Assembly (NCBI GenBank): GCA_964599405.1
Contig: CAZRED010000001.1
Location: 218,323-282,322, forward strand
Direction of reading: 5' to 3'
Source: an uncultured Candidatus Saccharibacteria bacterium
Lineage (GTDB): Bacteria; Patescibacteriota; UBA1384; 2-12-FULL-50-11
DNA length: 64,000 nt
A program made the position numbers and the translations under genes. Shown one piece after another: positions 58,090 to 64,000 of this stretch; the first letter of the stretch is position 1, and each line of letters starts with the position of its first letter. The notes beneath the pieces were generated by a model that ran no database searches, had not been told where the DNA came from, and was given only the letters and a program-made list of their open reading frames with translations.

Positions 58090-59114
58090 TTCAACTTCTC
58101 CACCTGCCAGCCGTTGAAAATCGGGTCTTTAACAACGCTGGTGGCCAGGATTTGATAGCGATCGCCAAAAAGCGAAAACAGCCAGGCGCAGTTGTCGCTG
58201 TCTAGCTCGCTCACCAGGTCATCCAGTAGAATAATTGGCGGGTTGTCGCTGTGTTTCTCTAAATACTTCGCTTCGACCGCTTTCAGTAGGGCAATAATGC
58301 TGCGGGCTTGGCCACGGGAGGCGAAACGCCGAGCTAGCTGATCATTGCAGGTAATTTTTAACTCGTCACGGTGCGGTCCAAACAGGTTGTGGCCAGTCCT
58401 AATTTCTTGGCTTTGCAGCTGCTCCAGCGTCTCTTTGCTAATTTCCCACTCAACTGTGACGGCGATTTTTCCGGGAATGTCTTTTTGAAAAGTGTTGATT
58501 GCTGTTTGGGCAAATTCGGCAAACTCCACTCGTTTGGCGCGGATTTTGCCGGCGTAATCGCTTAGCAGCTGGTTCCAGGGCTGCAGCTCGGCGATATCGG
58601 CACGGTGGTGCTTCAAAAAGAACAGCAGCCGGGCTCGTTCCCGAAGCACCCGATGATACTCTAAGTAATCGCGGCGAAAACCCTTGTGGGCCTGCCAAAG
58701 AATCCCGTCAACGTACTGCCGGCGCAAGCTGGGTTCGTCGGTCACAATATCAACGTCTTTGGGGATAAACGACACAGTTGGCAGGACGCCTAGAAAATCC
58801 AGCAACGGGGTGGTTTTGCCGTTATGGTGCAGCCGCCGTTCGATTAGCGGGTTGTCTTCAAACTGGCTGCCGTAGAAGTATTCGTAGCTATGATCTGGCC
58901 CGCTGGCGCTAATCCGGCAGTACGGCGCGCCGAAACGGATTAAGTCTTCCTGCCGGCTGGTTCGAAAGCTTTTCCCCACCGACAGCACCCGGATCGCTTC
59001 TAAAATTGAGGTCTTGCCCGAGCCGTTCGCTCCCGTAAAGACGGTCTTTAGCCCAACCTTGGTGCTATATAGTTTTTGGTTGCGAAACTGCTCGAGTTCG
59101 ATTTGCTCGACCAT
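58086..59114 (-). CDS. recF: DNA replication and repair protein RecF
   Basis: Walker A GANGSGKTSILEAI. SMC-like signature. dnaA-dnaN-recF synteny. Confidence 0.9.
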   Translation of the reverse strand: MVEQIELEQFRNQKLYSTKVGLKTVFTGANGSGKTSILEAIRVLSVGKSFRTSRQEDLIRFGAPYCRISASGPDHSYEYFYGSQFEDNPLIERRLHHNGKTTPLLDFLGVLPTVSFIPKDVDIVTDEPSLRRQYVDGILWQAHKGFRRDYLEYHRVLRERARLLFFLKHHRADIAELQPWNQLLSDYAGKIRAKRVEFAEFAQTAINTFQKDIPGKIAVTVEWEISKETLEQLQSQEIRTGHNLFGPHRDELKITCNDQLARRFASRGQARSIIALLKAVEAKYLEKHSDNPPIILLDDLVSELDSDNCAWLFSLFGDRYQILATSVVKDPIFNGWQVEKLK

Positions 59115-59117
59115 CCA

Positions 59118-60203
59118 TCACTCGTTTCGCAGCGGCATAAGTAGGTAGAGGTAGTTCTCCTTGCCCGGAAAGCGAACCACAATCGGGCTGGTAGCGTCAG
59201 TTAACTCCAAGGAAAAATCGCCACTGACGGCGTTTAATACTTCAATTAGGTATTGGGCGTTGAGCGAGACGGCGAAGTCGTCGCCGGAGCTGTTTTTTAC
59301 CGCTACCGTACTCCGGCTCTCACCAAGCTGCGGCGAAGTGGCAATAATCCCCAATTTGTCGCCCTTAATCTCTAGTTTGGTGCTGTACGACGAATCCCTA
59401 GAAAAGAGGCTAGCCACCTTCAAGCCGTGAAGCAGCGCGCTCCCGCTGCCGGTTAGCGCCATTTTGTGCTGCTGGGGAATTCGTGATTGATAGCTAGGGA
59501 ATTTACCATCGATAATCCGGCTGATGATTATGGTTTTGTCGAAAGAAAACTGGACCTGCGACTGGCCCAAACTAATTTTTACCGTACCTTCTTCAATAAT
59601 TCGTTGCAGCTCCAATAGGGTTTTTTTCGGGATAATATACTGGCCAGGGCCAGATTTAACCTTATTAGAGTAAAGAGCTAGACGGTAACCGTCGGTACCA
59701 ACCACTTCAAGTTTTTCGCCAGAGAAATTGAACAGTAGGCCAGTTAAGATTGGCCGGGTGTCGTCGTTGGCGGCGGCAAATAGGCAGGTGGTAATTGCTT
59801 CATTGACAATTGACGCGTCCACCTCAATCTCATCGTCGGCCTTCACCTGTTGGGTGGTCGGGTACTCCTGGGCGGACAGGCCCTTTAGCTTTACTTGGTG
59901 GTTTGAGGATTTCACTAGAATATCCAAGTCATCCACAGAAATAGTAATTACCTCGTCGGTATTGTTCTGTAAAAAGTCGGCACAGAGCCGTAGTGGTACA
60001 GTAATCGCCCCCTCTTCCTCTACTTCCCCATCAATTATTACTTCAATTGTCTGCTCTAAATCTGTCGAGCGAATTATTAACTCTTTATTTTTCGCTCCAA
60101 TATAAACGTTTTGGAGAATTGGTAGGGTTGAACGAGTAGAGATTACCCGACTTGTGGCGTTAAAAGCTTTTATTAGGTCTTGGCGTTTGGTAATTACTTT
60201 CAT
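59118..60203 (-). CDS. dnaN: DNA polymerase III beta sliding clamp
   Basis: Three-domain beta clamp (MKVITKRQDLIKAF...). Confidence 0.9.
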   Translation of the reverse strand: MKVITKRQDLIKAFNATSRVISTRSTLPILQNVYIGAKNKELIIRSTDLEQTIEVIIDGEVEEEGAITVPLRLCADFLQNNTDEVITISVDDLDILVKSSNHQVKLKGLSAQEYPTTQQVKADDEIEVDASIVNEAITTCLFAAANDDTRPILTGLLFNFSGEKLEVVGTDGYRLALYSNKVKSGPGQYIIPKKTLLELQRIIEEGTVKISLGQSQVQFSFDKTIIISRIIDGKFPSYQSRIPQQHKMALTGSGSALLHGLKVASLFSRDSSYSTKLEIKGDKLGIIATSPQLGESRSTVAVKNSSGDDFAVSLNAQYLIEVLNAVSGDFSLELTDATSPIVVRFPGKENYLYLLMPLRNE

Positions 60204-60408
60204 CTGTTTAAATAATAAATATCAGTTATAAGGGATGTGTGTTTGTGGAACCGTACCATAAACGCCTGTGAAAAAAACTGGTAAATCTGTGGATAAGTTG
60301 TTAATTGAGTTGGGATAACTTTTTCAACCCGTTGTTTCCTGGTAGCACTAAGTAAGTTAACTGGTTTTTCAGTAATTTTCCACATGTTTATCCACATAGT
60401 TGGCCACA
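60204..60408. promoter_or_regulatory. oriC-type region with DnaA boxes between dnaA and dnaN
   Basis: TGTGGATAA at 60288-60296, TTATCCACA at 60388-60396, TTTTCCACA at 60377-60385, further 7/9 matches. AT-rich stretch at 60204-60235. Confidence 0.7.
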
Positions 60409-61770
60409 TTACTGAAACCGCTCCTGGATTGCTCGGATATCTTTTTCCACGGCCGAGTCGGCTTTTTTCAAGCCGGTAATCTTATTAACGCCGTGCATAA
60501 TAGTGGTGTGGTCTTTCCCGCCCAGGAATTCGCCGATCTGGGGGTAGGACTGATTGAGTTGCTCGCGCAGGATATACATCACAATTTGTCGGGGATAAAC
60601 CAGCTCCTTAATTCGTTTTTTCCCTAAGATGTCCGCCGGCTCGATTGAAAAGTAATCCGCTACCACCGTAATTACTTTGCGGCCAGAGATGTTGGGCGTG
60701 GCGGCCTTGATAATATCTTTGAGAGTGCGAGCAGTGAACTCTTTAGTGATTGGCGTGTCCTCGAGCATCGCCGCGGTCGCCAGCTTAATTAGCGAACCCT
60801 CCAGCTCGCGAACATTGTCGGTGATGGTGCTGGCGATGTACTCCAGCACATCGGCGGGGATGTCGATGTTTTTTTCTTTGGCTTTAGCCTGCAAAATAGC
60901 CGTTCGGTTTTCGAAGTTCGGCGCTTGAATGTCGGCAATTAAGCCCCAGCCCAAGCGGGAGATCAGCCGATCTTCCAATTCGGTCATTTCTTTAGGAATT
61001 CGGTCGCTGGTCAACACAATTTGCCGGTTAGCTTGATGGAGAATGTTGAAGGTGTGGAAGAACTCCTCCTGGGTGCCCTCTTTATTGGCCAGAAATTGGA
61101 TGTCGTCAATTAGCAGCACATCAGCCTTGCGATATTTGTTTTTAAATTCGTTGATCCGCTTTTCCTGAATAGCCGTCACAAAATCAGTGGTGAAGGCTTC
61201 GCAGGAGGTATAAACGATGCTCTTTTTTGGCCAGCGTTTCCGGACTTCGTTACCGATCGCCTGCATTAGATGGGTTTTCCCCAGGCCAACGCCGCCGTAG
61301 ATAAACAGCGGGTTATAGGCCTCGCCCGGCTTTTCGGCCACCGCTTGGCTGGCGGCAAAGGCCAGGCGGCTATTGTTGCCGACGATAAAATTCTCGAAGT
61401 TGTAGGTTTTGTTAAACGGTGGTGGCCCACTCTTGCTTGGTGTCTCTTCGGTGGCTGTTCCATCTGGGGCAGCCTCCTCTGGGCCAGTTTCTTGGAGAAG
61501 CGGCAGATCGTCGAGCGGTTTAGTCGCTTCCTTTTCCAGCACCACAAACTGGAGCGACTCCATCTTTGGGTAGTGCTCCAGCAGGGCCTGCTTAATTTCC
61601 TTAAGGCAGTTTTTTTCGATCCAGGCCGTTGTGTAGGGGTTGGGAACGCCGATTTTTACCAGACCAGCCTGCTCGCCGAGGAGTTTGGTGGGCTGGAGCC
61701 AAGTGACAAAATTTGGCCGACTGACGGATTTTTCAAGGTTGGTAAGTATTTCCGACCAGACTAATGACAT
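60409..61770 (-). CDS. dnaA: chromosomal replication initiator DnaA
   Basis: AAA+ [18 protein letters not shown], sensor motifs, C-terminal DNA-binding helix-turn-helix. Start at MSLVWSEIL. Confidence 0.95.
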   Translation of the reverse strand: MSLVWSEILTNLEKSVSRPNFVTWLQPTKLLGEQAGLVKIGVPNPYTTAWIEKNCLKEIKQALLEHYPKMESLQFVVLEKEATKPLDDLPLLQETGPEEAAPDGTATEETPSKSGPPPFNKTYNFENFIVGNNSRLAFAASQAVAEKPGEAYNPLFIYGGVGLGKTHLMQAIGNEVRKRWPKKSIVYTSCEAFTTDFVTAIQEKRINEFKNKYRKADVLLIDDIQFLANKEGTQEEFFHTFNILHQANRQIVLTSDRIPKEMTELEDRLISRLGWGLIADIQAPNFENRTAILQAKAKEKNIDIPADVLEYIASTITDNVRELEGSLIKLATAAMLEDTPITKEFTARTLKDIIKAATPNISGRKVITVVADYFSIEPADILGKKRIKELVYPRQIVMYILREQLNQSYPQIGEFLGGKDHTTIMHGVNKITGLKKADSAVEKDIRAIQERFQ

Positions 61771-61865
61771 CGTCGCTAAGGTACCGGAGTTTTCCACAGG
61801 GGTCAACAAACTGCCCGGAACGGTTGAAGGGCTGTGGAAAAACGGGTAAAATTGTTGAACATAAC
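61771..61865. promoter_or_regulatory. dnaA/rpmH divergent promoter region with inverted DnaA-box pair
   Basis: TTTTCCACA at 61791-61799 and TGTGGAAAA at 61833-61841. Confidence 0.6.
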
Positions 61866-61985
61866 ATGAAACGGACATACCAAGGCAACAAACGTAAGCG
61901 CGCTAAGGTTCACGGTTTTCGCTCTCGCTCGAAGACAGTTTTGGCGAGCCGCCGAGCCAAAGGCCGCGCCAAGCTGGCGCTTTAA
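61866..61985 (+). CDS. rpmH: 50S ribosomal protein L34
   Basis: [39 protein letters not shown]. Confidence 0.9.
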   Translation: MKRTYQGNKRKRAKVHGFRSRSKTVLASRRAKGRAKLAL

Positions 61986-62329
61986 TGCTTAAAAGCGTTA
62001 ATCGCTTAAAAAAAGAAACGGATTTTCAGTCTGTTCAGCGTAGCGGAACTCGGTTCAAAACTGCCCATCTCGCTGGCAGTTTTTTGGTCAATAATCTCCC
62101 GGAACCACGAGTTGGCGTAGTGATCTCTAAAAAAATCAGCAAACTGGCCGTTCGGCGTAACCGAATACGCCGGATTATCTTGGCCCAGTTGGCCGAGTTG
62201 CTCCGGGCCGAAAAGCCAAAACACGGCGTTGACTTAGTTCTACGAGTTACCAACTTACCAGCCGAAGATGTCTCGCTAGCCATGCGCCAAGAAGTTAAAG
62301 AATGTTTCGCCAAATTGTTGTTGGTCTAA
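61985..62329 (+). CDS. rnpA: RNase P protein component
   Basis: KLAVRRNRIRR RNR motif. Position after rpmH. Confidence 0.85.
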   Translation: MLKSVNRLKKETDFQSVQRSGTRFKTAHLAGSFLVNNLPEPRVGVVISKKISKLAVRRNRIRRIILAQLAELLRAEKPKHGVDLVLRVTNLPAEDVSLAMRQEVKECFAKLLLV

Positions 62330-62538
62330 TCTCGGCGTATCAGAAAACCCTCTCGCCCGATCACGGTTGGCTGCGCGCTCGCTATCCGGCTGGGCTGTGC
62401 CGCTACCAACCAACCTGTTCCGAATACACCAAAGAAGCGGTTACTCGCTACGGCGTTATAAAGGGGTTATACTTGGGCTCGAAGCGCGTCGGCCGCTGCC
62501 ATCCCTGGTCTGCTGGCGGATACGATCCGGTTAAATAA
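62302..62538 (+). CDS. yidD: membrane protein insertion efficiency factor YidD
   Basis: LISAYQKTLSP...CRYQPTCSEY...G. Confidence 0.85.
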   Translation: MFRQIVVGLISAYQKTLSPDHGWLRARYPAGLCRYQPTCSEYTKEAVTRYGVIKGLYLGSKRVGRCHPWSAGGYDPVK

Positions 62539-62540
62539 AT

Positions 62541-63287
62541 ATGGTTAAAGAATTTTTCAAGACTATCCTCTACGAGCCGCTGTTTAACCTGCTGGTGTTT
62601 TTTGCTTGGCTGGTGCCGGGCCACTCAATTGGTTGGGCGATTATCTTACTGACGCTATTGGTCAAATTAATTCTTTGGGTGCCGTCAGCCAAGGCGATCC
62701 GCTCCCCTCTCCAGATGCGCCAGTACCAGGACGAAATCAAAGAACTCCAAGATCGCCACAAAGGTGACCGAGCCGCTCAAAGCCAAGCGTTGATGGCGTT
62801 CTACAAAGAGAAGGGGATTAATCCCCTCTCCGGCTGTCTGCCGTTACTGATCCAGCTGCCAGTAATCTTTATTCTTTACCGAGTATTTATTGTTGGCTTG
62901 GGTGATTTTCGCCCAGACCTGCTTTACTCGTTCACGCCGCACTTGGACGCGATTAATACTAACTTTTTCGGCATCAACCTGTCTAACCCAGACCGATTTG
63001 TTTTACCGATTATTGCCGCCGGTCTGCAGTTTTTACAGAGCCGCCATATGATGCTGCTTAACCCGCCGTCGAAAAACAGCAACGATCCGGCCGCGGCGAT
63101 GCAGAAACAGATGATTTATATTTTTCCGGTCATGACTTACTTCATTGCCTTGTCGTTGCCGGCTGGTTTGGCGCTCTATTGGGCCGCCAATGCGCTGTTC
63201 TCGGTCGGCCAACAAGAAGTGCTGCGACGTAACTTCAAGCCGACCAAGCCCAACGTGACGGTGAAAGTCCGGACGAAAAACCGGTAA
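62541..63287 (+). CDS. yidC: membrane protein insertase YidC (short form)
   Basis: 5-TM Oxa1/YidC core, GCLPLLIQLPVIF motif. Confidence 0.85.
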   Translation: MVKEFFKTILYEPLFNLLVFFAWLVPGHSIGWAIILLTLLVKLILWVPSAKAIRSPLQMRQYQDEIKELQDRHKGDRAAQSQALMAFYKEKGINPLSGCLPLLIQLPVIFILYRVFIVGLGDFRPDLLYSFTPHLDAINTNFFGINLSNPDRFVLPIIAAGLQFLQSRHMMLLNPPSKNSNDPAAAMQKQMIYIFPVMTYFIALSLPAGLALYWAANALFSVGQQEVLRRNFKPTKPNVTVKVRTKNR

Positions 63288-63341
63288 GAACCGTTCATTT
63301 CTGGGTTAGATTAAGGTACAATTCCAAAGCACTTTAGATAT

Positions 63342-63423
63342 GGAGGGTTGGCAGAATGGTAATGCACTAGTCTTGAAAACTAGCGGGCGCAAGCCCTTGT
63401 AGGTTCGAGCCCTACACCCTCCG
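63342..63423 (+). tRNA. tRNA-Ser (anticodon UGA), class II with long variable arm
   Basis: Manual fold: acceptor GGAGGGT/ACCCTCC, anticodon stem CTAGT/ACTAG, loop CTTGAAA, variable arm CGGGCGCAAGCCC, T-arm GTAGG-TTCGAGC-CCTAC. Confidence 0.8.
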
Positions 63424-63450
63424 CAAGAGCGCAAGCTCTTAAAACTAATT

Positions 63451-63523
63451 GCGCTCGTAGCTCAGCGGATAGAGCGTTCGGTTGCGGTCCGAAAGGTCAC
63501 AGGTTCGATTCCTGTCGAGCGCG
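63451..63523 (+). tRNA. tRNA-Arg (anticodon reads GCG)
   Basis: Manual fold: acceptor GCGCTCG/CGAGCGC, D-stem GCTC/GAGC, anticodon stem TTCGG/CCGAA, loop TTGCGGT, T-arm ACAGG-TTCGATT-CCTGT. Confidence 0.7.
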
Positions 63524-63604
63524 CAGATTGATTTTGAAGTAGTAAACAGGTAATCTCACTTTACCGGATTCGTCTGGCGAACATTCCACACAGGAGGTCT
63601 GACT

Positions 63605-64000
63605 ATGGCTTCGGCTAACAGACTAAATATGATACTCGGACAAGATTACAACGATCAACCACTCACACCGCGCGAGCAAGTAAGTCTACTGCTCGCTGTC
63701 ATTTCCCGAGCCAGGGGACAACTGTCTCACATAACTCCCTGGAACTTCATTGAGTATGCCCAAGAGAAATGGGGGGACTCTTTCGATGGTAAGTACATTG
63801 GGCGACTCTCCCAGGCTGTACAATACGACGGGGACGACTTCACAGCAGAGACAAAGCTACTCCCGTTGCTAGACCACCTTATGGCTAGCGAGAAAAAGGT
63901 ACCCGGTGCCTATGCGGCCACCAGCTACTTTCGTCGAGGGCTTGTTCTCTCTAGGGACGGCAAGTTGGGGATTGCGGTCGCGGAATCGACCTGCTCTCTG
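63605..64000 (+). CDS. hypothetical protein (partial, runs off window end)
   Basis: AGGAGG RBS 8 nt upstream of ATG. Open frame MASANRLNMILGQDYNDQPLTPREQ... to the window end. Located directly after two tRNA genes. Confidence 0.45.
   Translation, partial: MASANRLNMILGQDYNDQPLTPREQVSLLLAVISRARGQLSHITPWNFIEYAQEKWGDSFDGKYIGRLSQAVQYDGDDFTAETKLLPLLDHLMASEKKVPGAYAATSYFRRGLVLSRDGKLGIAVAESTCSL

Noticed and set aside
1-64000. CRISPR arrays, rRNA genes, transposase/integrase genes
   Set aside because: Scanned for regularly spaced direct repeats and for DDE/tyrosine-recombinase signatures. None seen in this window.

Overview
This 64-kb window is chromosomal DNA from a small-genome bacterium, most consistent with a Patescibacteria/CPR (Saccharibacteria-like) lineage; the taxon call is an inference. 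It contains the replication origin: yidC-yidD-rnpA-rpmH sit on the plus strand, dnaA-dnaN-recF sit divergently on the minus strand, and DnaA boxes lie in both intergenic gaps. Left of the origin almost all housekeeping genes are on the minus strand (polA, pnp, rpsO, ftsK, recA/recX, ppsA, rnj, tsaD/valS neighbourhood).

Three accessory regions stand out.

(1) Positions 1-8130 are AT-richer than the core. They hold an uncharacterised three-gene operon (a 4-TM 836-aa protein, a 362-aa protein and a 388-aa protein with four CxxC pairs). Next to it is a complete diversity-generating retroelement (DGR). Its reverse transcriptase has the IGxxxSQ motif. Its 114-bp template repeat (TR) and variable repeat (VR) differ at 17 positions, every one an adenine in the TR sense strand. 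The VR lies in a C-type-lectin-like C-terminus of the target gene, and an Avd accessory gene is present. The architecture is unusual: avd is divergent from, and start-codon-abutting to, the RT gene. A C12 homopolymer lies between avd and the TR.

(2) Positions 43.2-57.8 kb form one plus-strand operon resembling a minimal Gram-positive-type type IV secretion apparatus (T4SS). It encodes a VirB4-like ATPase, a VirB6/TrbL-like polytopic protein with a long coiled-coil tail, a PrgI/VirB3-like protein, NlpC/P60-like and glucosaminidase-like cell-wall hydrolases, and a 1426-aa secreted protein. No coupling protein or relaxase is present in the window.

(3) A 22-bp perfect direct repeat precisely flanks a C39-like peptidase gene.

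A sigma70-like promoter motif (CCCTTGACTTTTCAGG ... -10) recurs upstream of the DGR target and of two small unknown genes 27 kb away. Other items are a GC-rich nested inverted-repeat element between ftsK and a mazG-like gene, a tRNA-Ser/tRNA-Arg pair followed by a partial gene at the window end, several rho-independent terminators, and an (AGTCCCA)x4 repeat inside valS. No CRISPR array or rRNA gene was seen.
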